Assembly: GCA_016748015.1 (NCBI GenBank)
Contig: JAAOMT010000439.1
Span: 76,389 to 140,388 of the forward strand
Source: Geosiphon pyriformis uo1
Taxonomy: Eukaryota; Fungi; Glomeromycota
Reading direction: 5' to 3'
DNA: 64,000 nucleotides
Program-made: the position numbers and the translations under genes
Shown: positions 48,901 to 61,989 of the stretch, piece by piece
How the letters are laid out: every line of letters starts with the position of its first letter
Numbering within the stretch: position 1 is the first letter of the stretch
Notes under the pieces: generated by a model
Database searches by the model: none
What the model was told of the DNA's origin: nothing
The model's input: only the letters and a program-made list of their open reading frames with translations

Positions 48901-49662
48901 TGGGTTCTCATTTTGACACTATTTGTTTAGTTTTGGCTAAGATTAGAAAGTCTTATCATTTTTCCAAAATGTCAAAATCGGAGCATACTAGAGATTCTCA
49001 AATCAGATTGGCAATTGATGAAAGGATAGAAAGTTTTGAGTTGAATAAGAGTTATACTATCAAGAGTGTATTGGAGTGTTCTTTTTGCAAGATTACTCTG
49101 GATCACCTGGTTGCCAATAACAAATTGGTTTTGGATTCTGACTTGGTTAAAACCAAGGTGAATATAATTATGGAGGCATAGACTAAGAAGCATATGATGG
49201 TAACTAATATTTCTAACAATTAGTGTCATCAATATTAACTTTTGGAATATGTTTTTGATGATGCTTTCTTTAGTATAATGTGTTTGATTGGTTTCAATGA
49301 GATGTTTGATGTGATTTTGAATTTGTCTAATGAGAAAGTGGCTGATCTCTCTAGCATCTCAAATAAATTTTGGAAACATTGTAACAAGTCAGTTTTGAAT
49401 ATGCTTTTGGTGCTCCTAAATTTTTGTTTGTGTAATGAGTTTGTTTTCAAGTCTTGGAAGAAGGCTTGAGTGTCAATGATTCCCAAACTATATGAATAAG
49501 AAAAAGTTCTTATGAATACCTATCTAATTGTTTTGATTGAAACAGCTTATAAGATTCTTTCCAAAATTCTTTTAGACAGAATTTCTTCAGCATACAGTGT
49601 TTTTGATGTTCTCAGAAAGGATAATTTTTCTGTTTTAAAAAGCACAATAATGCAATCTCTTA
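45940..49662 (+). mobile_element. Degenerate LINE, 5' part (ORF1, AP endonuclease, start of RT)
   Basis: FALDISL, LWQKAVIEF, LLYTLPMG, CAKCGKMGHMSLNC, FTETKL, GAGIALV, DNFSVLKSTIMQS. Colinear with the minus-strand LINE but has many stops. Confidence 0.9.
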
Positions 49663-50175
49663 CTTTTTACTATCAACACTTCATGTTAATAGTAATTAAT
49701 ACTTAACCACACTGGAACAATAGTTCTTGATTACAGCTATTAACAGGATATTAACATTTATTATCTTGGCTTATTTTTTTTATTTTTCTTTTATTTTCTG
49801 TTGTTATTTTTTTTATTGTACTAAATTGATTAAAGAGTAAAAGTGCCAAATTATTGACATCAAGGATAGTCTGGTAAAAGATCCCAAAAGAAGGATATAA
49901 CATTGAAAATTAAAGGATAGCTTACCAGAAGAGCATTTCTACCAGATTACTGACCACTATGTTAAAAAAAAAATTAGATGGAATTGCAATTCTGAGAGGC
50001 TACTAAAAACAACTATTGAATTTTTATCTATTATACAAAAGACTCAACCAAAACCTGCAGATAACCAAAACTTTCAGATCACGAAAACCTTCAAAAACCA
50101 ACATTATTATATCAATTGAGCACCAAGTTACAGGTTTGTTATTTGATTTAAGACTCCAAATAATCATCTGTAACA
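49663..50175 (+). repeat. 5' LTR of Gypsy copy 2 (first ~310 bp missing)
   Basis: Aligns to about 58810-59314 and ends TGTAACA. Confidence 0.9.
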
Positions 50176-50177
50176 TT

Positions 50178-50190
50178 TGGTGCTCTCTGT
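50178..50190 (+). promoter_or_regulatory. Primer binding site TGGTGCTCTCTGT
   Basis: Lies 2 nt after the LTR end and begins TGG (complement of the tRNA CCA end). Resembles an elongator tRNA-Met 3' end, but this identity is unverified. Confidence 0.7.
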
Positions 50191-53100
50191 AAAGTATAAT
50201 CTAACAGAAAACTAGTACCAACAAACAACCATCTGAAACAGTGACAGAATCCAAAGAAACAAGGACAAACTATTTGAAATTCACAAAATTTTTATTTTAA
50301 TACTATTACATTCATCTTGGATTAACAAATAATAGTTGGCCAACAGAATCAGCTTTTAATTGCTACATTAACGAGAGAATAGTATATTATTTAGGAGGCC
50401 AAGAAAATTCAGAATCCATCTTTAACAATTTCTTCAATAAATTATTACAAAGCATTACACTCTCATAAAACTACTTATTTGCACCTTTAATCACAGAAAT
50501 AAACAAGGAAATTGAAAAATACACCAAGCAGAAATTTTCTATCACTTTTGCTAACAAAAGAAAAAGAAGGTTACAAACACCAGTAGAAATGCCAAAACCA
50601 ATCCAACTACTCATCTAGAAAAAACAAAAATTTGATTCACCTACTAATCCATCATATTATTACACACCTGGAAGAACCATCAACATCACATTAACAGGCA
50701 CGTCCATATCAAATGCAACATTAACATTTGAACAACTTCTATTTCAAAGTAAACAAAAAAAAGCAGAATTATTAGGAACCTATAGTGATTACTTCAAAAG
50801 ATTTAAATCATGATTACCAACACTATCAAGATTTTGATCACTGCCACCTCTACCAGATTTTGGAACTACAAGTCCTTGGGAGATAATGGCATTGGAAAAA
50901 GAGAAAGAAGAGGATTAAGAATTTAATTACAAAAATCCGATTACAGAAAATCCAGAAGTTAAAACTCCAAATATTCAAACCCAGCAAACTCCAAATAATC
51001 CAAACCCTGAGTTAATTAATCAGAAAAACTTACTTTCAGAAATCATTATCAATCAGCAACCAATTAATCCAATTGCTGAACAACTTCAACAGCTGTTAAT
51101 AATACTCCAACAATTATCTCTTCAACTACCACAACACCCAAACTTGGATCCAATGGCTTACACCCCAATCATAAAGCTTGAAAAGTTCATAAAAGAAGAA
51201 AATAACATCCAAGTGTGGCTGAATGATGTTGAAAAAGCCATCACAGCCAACAGATAGAATGACGCCAAAGTTATGTAAACCATTTTTTATTTCTTTTAGG
51301 ATACTACCAACTCATAATATCAAAGTCTGGTTAACAAACCTCAAGATTTCAATGCATTCAAGCTTGCATTTTTACAATATTTCAGCAATAATAACAGCAT
51401 CAACTAATTGGCCAACACTTTTACCACCATCAAGCAAGGAGAAAATAAAGCAGTCACTACTTATTTGGAATACTTCTACAGAAATCTGTGCCAAATTCAG
51501 ACCATACAGACTGATTATTTCATAGCACTACAAATCCTAAACCAATTTATTAGAGACCTGCACAGTAACATCCTCCAACATGTACACCTATTGCATCCAG
51601 CAGATCTTCAAGTCATTATTACATATGTCAGAGATTTTGAAGCAGCTAAACTTGAAGTTAATCACACCTAAGCCGTAAATCTAGTAATAAATGGATCATC
51701 TGACTTGGATTCCAAATTAAAGCAATTCAGTGAATTAATCAACCAGAAATTAGAGAGATACTTAGCTAACAATCATGCAATTTATCAACCTCCTCAATGA
51801 TACAATGCTCAAGGAAACTCCAATCATTTTTAAAATCAATCACATCTATCATTGTCAACCAATCAACAGTGGCAACAAGAAATGCATGTTTGTCACTATT
51901 GTGATAAATAAAGATATCTACAAATTGACTGCCACCATTAATTGAATAACTAATGATCAGGAAATCAATATCAAAATCCTGATTGCTGATTTTAAACTCT
52001 GAGTTATTAATCCAACACAGCACTATATCAACCAAATTACCTATCTGTAATGCAGCCGCCAATCTATCAACCAGCAATTTATCAGTCTTCAGCATCTGTA
52101 GTTTATCAACCACAGTTCTAATCTATCTATTAGCCACAACCCCAAGTAATTTATCAACTCCAATCACTTCTAACACTACCATTAAACTCAGCTCAGATGA
52201 CATCAAGAAATTCCAGATCAAGAATTACTCAAAACTGGAGATCAGCAATGGTTGTTCATCAACTGATTTCCAGCTCCTTAAACCAGCCATTGGGATTACA
52301 CCAGCAGAGTTCAGAAACTGGATACACTCAGAACTCAAGTTCCCAGAATTATTTAAGTCTTCTGGTAACTCTAGAAGATGCCACATCCTACAGCTTGAAA
52401 ACCAACTAAAAACAACCATTTACCAGCAATATATCTCCAGTTACTGTTACTAATAATGAAATACTCACAGCTATTTTTCCATTTAAACTTGAGAAACTGA
52501 CATCTATGCTCTTATTCAGTGGAGTCATACTCAAAAAAAAACCAATTACCATCATATATACTAATACCAAAGTTAATGGTCACTCTATCAAGCTTATTCT
52601 TGATAGTGGGTTAGCAGACAGTATTATCACATGACAACTCATAGACCAATTAGGTCACCAAGTTAATTATGCTGCCAATACCAGAATTTTAACTGCCAAT
52701 GGAGTGACCAAAACTTCAATTGGTAAAATAGATGACTTCTCATTTGAAGTTAATGGCATCATAATACCAATTAAAGTATTGGTAATGGAAGCAACTCAGT
52801 ACCAAGCTCTTGTTGGAAACAACTGGCTGTCCAAAACCAGCACAATACTCAATTGAAACACCCAAGAACTACAGCTCAGTCAAAACAGTCATCACACATA
52901 CATGTCAGTCACTTGTGGTCATTTTAAAACCACTACAAATAACAAGCTGCTCATTGAATTAGAAGAAGAAAAAAAAAACCTACCTGAAAAGCCTACCAAG
53001 TTTCCTGGGCCAATACCAAGCACAATGAGTTGCCACCAGTACTATCCTGAGATAACAACAGAAAGAGAAAGAAAAAGGAGAAACCTACCAAAAATGCTGA

Positions 53101-56100
53101 CCAAACATGGTAAACTAACAATAATAATACTGAACTGATACCAACTTGGGAGTGGAAAGAAAATATAAAAGAAAAAAGAAAAGGAAAAGAAGAAGAGCCA
53201 GCACCAACTACCACTGTTACTTATATTCCTTATCCCTATACCACACTACCACTATCTAACTATTACTGACTGAAACTAGTATGTGTTAATTGTGACAAGA
53301 AATTGTCCACAATGGGTGTATGCTGTAATAACAACGAAAAATGACTGATGACAACTAAATTCTATTGCTGTTTATGCATTATTGAATGGTTTGGATAACC
53401 AAAAAGACAAAAAAAATAAAACAACAAACTATGCTTGGCTTGTGACAAAACTCTTTTCAATAAAGGAATATAGAATAACATTCCTGGGAAAGAAGGAACA
53501 TGTGATAAATTGTGTCAGTACATAATCCTAATAAGTGACTGGGTGAAAAAAAAGACACCAATAGAAGCAGCCTAAAGAAGAGCAGTAAAACAGTTAAATG
53601 GATGTCCACATAATAATAACAAAATCTGGTGAATGGTTCTTGCAAAAATCAAAAGAGTGTTATCAGAAAAAATAAGGATGATCAAAAACAACCCACCAGA
53701 ATCCATAGAACTTGACTGGGGCCCAAACCCAAATATTGTTCTAGAGCCTATAGACCCAGAACAATTTCACAAACACTACCAAAAATTAGCATTCACTCAA
53801 GAAGAACAAAAACAATAATTGAAAGAAATAAACACAAGACTATGTAACTACTGTTTAATCCCATGTGACTTCCAGTATTGTAATGAGTGTGATCTCATGT
53901 ACAATCTATTACTACACATGATTTACATGATTTCAGAGAAAAACAAACCAATTAACAGCTGTGTATCAAAATCAAAATCAATTTTTAATTCTGATTCAAA
54001 CTCTGACAATGATGATAACAAAAACAACAGTTCCAGTTCCACTCAATATGGCAACAAAAATAACAATGATTTGGACTCTGATTCAAATTCCAAAACATAT
54101 ATTGTGCTTCCTGATCTCTCCAAGAAGCAGAAACTTAAATGGTTCAGTAATAACAACAAAGATATTATGCCAGAATAAGCACATAATACCAATGCAGAGT
54201 TTGATCTAAGATATCCAGGAAAAGATGCCATTAGATTGGAACCACATTCATGTACATGTATTAATTTTAAAATCACACTGGAAATCTCAGCAACAACAAT
54301 AGTTCAACTAGCATCTAGAAGTAGCTTAGTAAAAAAAGGAATTAACATCAAAGAAGGAATAATTGACACAGGATATGTAAGAAATATTATTGCAATGCTA
54401 CAAAATGACTCAGAAAAAACCTATATCATAGAACCAAATGAAAAAATAGCACAGGCAATATTTTTGCCTCTGGTTAAAATAGCTCAATTAGTATTAGTGG
54501 AAAACAGAAAAAAATTAGGGATTATAGCTAAAAGAATATAGGGTTTCAAATTTACAAGTAGAATAGATGTACCAATTAATATGGCAGAAGAAAAAATTGT
54601 TAACAAGTGAGAAATTATCTCCACCTGTTAATCAATTTCTATTCCACTATATGATTAGTACATGGTAGTTATAGAAAAAAAAGCAAAGGATCAGATTCAG
54701 ATTTTTGAGGCAGAAGCAACACTTTGTAAATCAGGAAAGATTGGACTAATTAATCTATACATACCAGCCAAAAACCACAAACACATTAAAATTCCTATTT
54801 ATAACAACACGGGAAATATTATTGAGATACCAGAAGGAACCACCATTGGATATTTGACCACCAAAGTTGAAAACCAACTGTCAAACATCATTTCAGACTT
54901 TTCACAACTGTGTATATATGTAAATATTACATCTCAAACAATATATGGACAAGAAAAATGTTATCTGCTCCAACCAAAACAATTGGAACAGATGAACATG
55001 AAAAATCTAAGCCCACTACAACATATACAACTCAAGATGTTACTCAACAACTTCAATGACATTTTTGTTAGTAAAAACAAATTTGGCAGAACTAATATCA
55101 TTTAACATTAGATAAAAACTGGAGATACAATACCAATTAAACAGAGAGCATACAGAGTATCATTAGCCAGCCATAAGATCATTTGTCAAGAAATTAATCA
55201 AATACTTGACAACAAACTAATTCAGCCATCAATGAATCCATGGTCATCATTAATAGTACTAGTCCATAAAAAATTGGAAAAATCTGCTTTTGTATAGATT
55301 ACTGGAAACTAAATAGAGTAACCAAAGATAATAGCTACTTAACACCAAAAATTTAAGAGCTGTTTGATGCTTTTGGAGAAAAAAAATGGTTCTCAACTTT
55401 AGATTTAAAGAGCAGATACTGGCAAGTTGCCATGAAACTAGAAGATAAAAAGAAAACAGCTTTTACAACATAAGAAAAAAATTTCGAATTTGAGGTTATG
55501 CCATTTGGCTTGATAAATGTTCCAGCCATATTTCAACAGCTTATGAAAATTGTCTATACCAGACTACTATGAAAATCAGTAGTCATATACTTGGATAACA
55601 CCAATATGTTCTCAAAAACATTTGATGATTATCTGTATCATCTCCAACAAATATTTGAAAGACTCAAATGAGCAGGATTGAAACTAAATGCAAACAAATG
55701 TTTCTTTGGAAAAACAGAACTTAAGTTTTTAGGACATGTTGTAAGCAAAGACATTATTAAAATAGATTCAGATAAGATTGAAATTGTTAAGAACTTTCTA
55801 GTACCAAATAATCTTATAGAATTAAAAACATTCTTGGGATTTGCTGGATACTACTGTCACTTCATCAAAGACTTTTTCAAAATAGCTCAACCACTACACC
55901 AACTCCAAACAAAGAACACCAAATATGAATAAACTAAAATACAACAAGAAGCTTTTAATACATTAAGAAGAAAGCTTATTCAAGCTCCAGTACTGATCTA
56001 TCCAGATCATAGCAAGCTATTTATAATCACAACTAATGCATTGGAAGCAGTACTATCTCAAAGAGGACCAAATAGAAGAGAACACCCAGTAGCATATGCT

Positions 56101-58497
56101 AGCAAAAGCTTAAGTCTAGCTGAAAAGAACTATGAAACTCCAATACTAGAACACTTAGTTATCTATTGGGCTGTCATTAAATGAAAAAAATACTTGAGTC
56201 AAAAGTTTGATGTGTATACTGATCATAAAAGATTGACTTCAATTCAGAAGCAAAAATTTGGAGATAATCACCATGCCAAATAGAAAATAGAACTTTTACC
56301 ATTTAACTATACAATACATTATAAAAAAAGAAAAAAAAATGGAAATGCTGATGGTTTGTTGCAAATAAGACAAATCTAAAAACATTTTAAACCATAAAAT
56401 ATAACAAAAAATGAATATACAAAAATATTAACAACTTTAATATTATATAAATACCCAATTGTTCAAGGAAAAATTATTTCAAAAAAAACAAAACAACATA
56501 AAACAACAATCAAAATATTTTATTAACCATCAAAATATACTTTACCAGAAGAACAAAAAAAATCCAAATTAACCAATCAGAGTAATTACAGAATCAGAAA
56601 AAGAAACAATATTATTTAACATGCATTCAAATCCAACAGCAGGATATTTTCATAAAAAAACAACTATGAAAAGAACCAAGAAAAAATACTACTGGTCATC
56701 AATGTATCCAAACATCATTCAATATGTGCAAAATTGTGATGCTTGTCAGAGAAGAAAAGGAACAAGACCCAGTAAACCATTAAGACCAATCAAAGTGAAA
56801 CAACCATTTGATTAAATTGAAATTGACTTAGTCAGACCATTAACCATAATCAGTAGAGACAACAGATATATTACAGTAGCCATGAACTATCTTACTAAAT
56901 GACCAGAAGCAAAAGCCATTCAAAGAGCAGATGCAGAATCTGTTGCTAAATTTGTTTATCAAAATTTGATTTGTCGACACAGATGTTTAAAAGAACTATT
57001 ATCAAATTAAGAAACTTACTTTGTGAATAGAACATTAGCAGAACTAAGCCAAAAATTTAGAATAAAAAGACCATTATCATTATCATACCATCCACAAACA
57101 AATGAGTTAGTTAAAAGATTTAACAGAATACTGTGTAAAGCAATAGTAAAGATCAGTCAAGAAAACCAGAACAAATGAGATTTGTTTATATCATCAGTAT
57201 TATTTGCTTACAAAACAATAAAACAAAATACTATACAAGCAATACTATTTGAATTAATATATGGTAGAACAGCAACATTACCAGTTGAGATAGAAATCAG
57301 AACATATCCAACAGAACCAATAACAGAAGAGAATTTTCAAAGAACATTGCTAAGAAAAACATATGACTTAATAAAGACACTAGAAAACAAATAGTGAAAA
57401 ACAGCTGATAACATCTAAAAGTCACAAAAAAAACAAAAAAAAAGACATGATAACCAATTACCAGATAAACCAGTTGAATTCAGAATTGAAAACAAAGTAC
57501 TTCTATATTATACCAAAGCAAAAAAACAATGGAATAAAAAATTTGACTCTAAATGTGACAAACCATTTCACATAGAAGAAATTCTAGGAAATAAAGCTTA
57601 TAAATTAAGATGAAACAACAAAATTTTAGCCAAAGCAGCACATAGTGATCAACTAAAACCATACTACCATATAGTGTTACCATCTATCAGTAATATTTCA
57701 CAATTAGAAATACAGAGGATACTAGTCCAATCAGATGAAATTCCATAAGATCTGAAACCAATTATAATAATTGAACCAAACATATCAAATTGAACAACCA
57801 AAAGAGTATATAAAGACATGATATATGTGACAAAAGCAACAAAAAAAAATAGAAATACCAAACCATATTCACACTTTAGCTTAACAATTGTTTCAGGCTT
57901 TAAGTCAACAACAAGTAAACATGGAAATTATTATCAACAACCAAACAATCTGTTATCAAAACACCAAACAAAAAGAGAAAAGTATATCATATCAGTGACC
58001 ACAAAAACAATCAATAAACTGGTCAAATAAAATAGTAAAGAAAGTAAAGAACACTTTTGGAAAGATAACAATCATGATTCTAACAGAAGAACTGGCTAAA
58101 AAAAATTGGAACCAATAGATAGACCAATTTCTAATATCATACTGCTACTATCAATTGGGATGAAAAATAGATATTCAAAAGTTATATTTGGATAAATCCA
58201 AAAAAATCTTCAATCAAAAGATAATCCAGAACATTGAAGACATTATTGGAAAGAAAACAAATTTGACACTACATATCAAGACTATTTATTGACTATATAC
58301 TATATTTCAAAACTACCCAAAAGTATTTTTACACTCTAACATGGAAACAATAACTATCAACCAATGGGGAAGAATAAACAACTCACAAATTGAAGAAATA
58401 AAAAGTAAAGTGAAACAGACACTACTTGAGAAAAAAGTATTTGACATAATTCAAAATAAGAATTTTGATAGAGCTTAATATTAAAAAGAAGAGATAA

Positions 58498-59314
58498 TAT
58501 TACTCATAAAAAAAAACCAGATATAGAAAATAGTAGACTAATAGAAAAGTAGTAGTTAGCATGTGAGCATATTGTTCAGCAATATAGAGTAATGTTAGAA
58601 AATTAGGGTACATTGTTCAGCAATATAAGCATTGCTCAAGAAATCATAATACATTACTTAGAAATATGAGCAATCTTATAGAACATTAATTATATATATA
58701 TAACAGTAGCATTAAAAGAAAAAAAGACAGACCTCTTAGTTTAAATTTAATCTAAACAATCTTCTATTTACAAAATATCAATAAATAATTATTCACTATC
58801 TCAATCCACTCTCTACTATCAACATGAAGTGTTAATAGTAATTAATACTTAACTATACTGGAACAATAGCTCTTGATTATAGCTATTGATAAAATACTAA
58901 CATTCATTATCTTGGCTTATTTCTTTTATCTTTCTTTTATTTTCTGTTGTTTATTGTACTAAATTAATTAAAGAGTAAAAGTGCCAAATTATTGACATTA
59001 AAAATAGCCTGATAAAAGACCCCAAAGAAAAAGTATAATATTGAGAATTAAAGGATAGCTTACCAGAAGGACATTTCTGCCAGATTACTGGCCATTACAC
59101 TAAAAAAAGAAATTGAATAGAATTGCAATTCCAAGAGACTACTGAAAACAACTATTGAATCTCTGTCTATTATACAAAGGACTCAACCAAAACCTGCAGA
59201 TAACCAAAACTTTCAGATCATGAAAACCTTCAGAAATTAACATTATTATATCAATTGAACACCAAGTTACAGATTTGTTATTTGATTTGAAACCCCAAAT
59301 AATCATCTGTAACA
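58498..59314 (+). repeat. 3' LTR of Gypsy copy 2
   Basis: Follows PPT AAAAAGAAGAGATAA. Starts TATTAC (from TGTTAC) and ends GTAACA. U3 carries CATTGTTCAGCAATATA repeats. Confidence 0.9.
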
Positions 59315-60995
59315 GTAATATTCCAATGTTTTGTGTTTTAGATAATTCAAAGTTTTATAATGTTTTATGTTTACTTATGAAGTTTGAAGTTGTATTTGTT
59401 GATTAATTATATGATAAAAAAGAGTTGGTCTTTAATTAAAAAATTTTTTGCCATTAAAAAAGGCTTAATTCAAGAGGCTTAGTCTTTAGCTGGTTCAAAT
59501 TGGCATGTGATTTTTTAATTAGATTTGCATTTTTTTTTTATTAAGTTATCTGATTTTGGCTCTCAATCTATGAACATTTATAATTCTGGTGGTGTTTTTG
59601 GAATGATGTAATGTATTTCTAATGTGAATTTGAATGTTATTAATATTTATATAGATGGGTCTTTAAAAAATTTATATATATATAAGATAAAATATAGTGC
59701 AGCTGCATTTTTTTCTGACTTAAATATAAGAGTTGGTGTTAATATTAATAGGTTGGTTTCCTTTACAATAATGAAATTGCAAACAATTGTTTTGGCTTTG
59801 GAGTGTATTCTTGTTGGCAGTTCTGTTGTAGTATATTTAAACAGTCAGGCAGTCTTATATATTTTGCTGTAAAGTTGGATTTGGTTTTGCCAAATTTTTG
59901 CAATTGTTGCTAAATAAAAAGACAGAGTATTGTAAATTTTATTAGAGGTAAAGAGCTTAACATCTTTTGGTGCAAGATTAAAAGACATTCAGATATTTTG
60001 GGCAATAAGCATGTTAATAAGCTGGCCAGTTTGGTTGCTGGTTTAAATTTGGTACTTTTTGTTTTGGTCAAAAAAAAATTTATTAGAGCTAGTGGGATAA
60101 TAGTGTCTGAAAATTTCATTATTTTACTTGTGGAGTTTTTAGGATTGTTCATTGTGCTTGTTGAAAGATCAAACCTAGATTTAGTATTATTAACAAGAGC
60201 TTGATTAATGATATGGACTGAATTTGTACTGTTTTGGTTTAATATTTTGATTTATATATGATAATTGGTTTCACAAATAAGTCTACAACTAATTTGTATT
60301 TGTATTTTATGAAGGCTTTGTACTGTTGCCTGTTGATTATTGTTCAGAAGCATTTATATTATAAGGAGTATCCTAATGTATTTTACTTTTTTGTGTGTGT
60401 AATAGACTTTAAGATTTGTGAAAACTTGTTTAAGTTGCTTCTGACTTAGTGGAATGTTATGTTAAATTTAAGTCTACTATTATTTTGGATTTTGCAGATG
60501 CTTTTTTTGTGTATTTTTAATAATGTTGTATATATTGTATTGTGTAAAAATTTTTTATTCAAGAATTGATATTTAAAAACTGTGTCTATTTTTGATAATA
60601 TTAAAATTGCCAATAAAAAAGTTGTGAATTTTGTGTGAAATTTAGGAACAGCTTACCATACTGAAATTTGGATGGTGAAAACTAAATACAGAGCATTTAT
60701 GGAGAGAAAAAGTCTGGTTGGACATGATAGTTTGGTGCTTTCTGAAGTCTATAATCTGCTGTCTTTGCTTTCTATTGAAGTTGTTAAGTTGCTTAAGATT
60801 GCTAAAATACATGGTTTTAGCTTTGGTTTTTGTGAATTCTGTTGTTTATTTTCTAATGTTAATAATATAGTGTCTGTTAAAATAAATTCATAGTATTGTT
60901 TTGATCAGTCTGAGTGGCTAGTTATGTATAAAAAATACATGATTTGCATCTAGTTTAAATTACTTAGTTTGATGTATTGTGTTAAATAGTATTAT
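59315..60995 (+). mobile_element. Degenerate LINE, 3' part (linker, RNase H, C-terminus, 3' UTR)
   Basis: YIDGSL...MKLQTIVLALEC, GNKHVN, FMKALYCCL. The 3' UTR motif CTGAGTGGCTAG is shared with the other LINE copies. Confidence 0.88.
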
Positions 60996-61989
60996 TGGAG
61001 GTTTTTGGTCTTTTTTGAATGATGTTAATATTGATTTGATGTAAATTTACGTTTTTTAAAAGTAATAAAATCTCTGATAATTGAATTTATCTTCAAATTA
61101 TCTCCTATAATTTGAATTAATAGGTTTATAAATGAAATGACCAATTTTTTGTCAGTTACTTTATGTAATTACATTGTAGTAAACATCAACTTTTTTCTAG
61201 AAATTGCTTATCTAAAAACTTACTAAAATGTGTAGTTATTTTGCTATAAAATTCAATTCTTCTACAAAAATCTCATCTGTAGACTATTTTAATGATTTAT
61301 AATAAAAAAATATAAAAAATATAAAAAAAATATAAAAAAAATAGAGTTTTGTCAAGGAAATCGTTTTCTATTCAGACCTAGAATCACTAATAGTTTATTG
61401 AAATTAGTAACTAATCAATTTCAAAATGTTAGTTAGATTTTAGGACTTTTAAGTATAATAATTAAGAAGTTTGGTTTTCAAATATTTGATTTTTATTTGA
61501 TTTTTTTTAAAAATGTGTAAGAAATGATTTATTCTAATTAAGATATTTAAAGTAAAATACATTTTTCTTAAAGAGAAAAGCTTTTTTTTTATAATTTGTT
61601 GTAGTAGTTTTTGAGCTTGTACTTTTCTTTTTGCTATAATTTTGGCAAACTAAAGATACATTTTGGTAAACTACAAGTTATTTCTATTAACTATTAATTA
61701 TTTCGGCTAATTTCTATCTATTTCGGCGAATTTTTGAATAATAAATGGTTCAGGATATTGTGTAATTTGATCATCTTAATTTCTATGGTACAAATCGAGT
61801 TATTAATTGAATAATGATATTTGATAATTTGATTAATTAATACATGATAATTGAAATGATAATAATATATACTAATTAATACTACGAATTAGAAAGATAA
61901 TTTCATGTTAATTAATAGCTAAAATTCTATTGGTAATAGTAACATTTAGGTCTCACTCATTAAACAAATAAAAAAAATAAATAAATAAA

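Larger units (their letters stand above)
49663..59314 (+). mobile_element. Ty3/Gypsy LTR retrotransposon copy 2, near full length (truncated 5' LTR, PBS, gag, protease, Cys-rich insert, dUTPase, RT, RNase H, integrase, extension, PPT, 3' LTR); degenerate
   Basis: Paired LTRs 49663-50175 and 58498-59314. Gag core about 51150-51670, knuckle CHYCDK near 51890, protease ILDSG near 52600, dUTPase about 54170-54560, RT YLDNT near 55590, integrase about 56560-57400. Confidence 0.95.
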
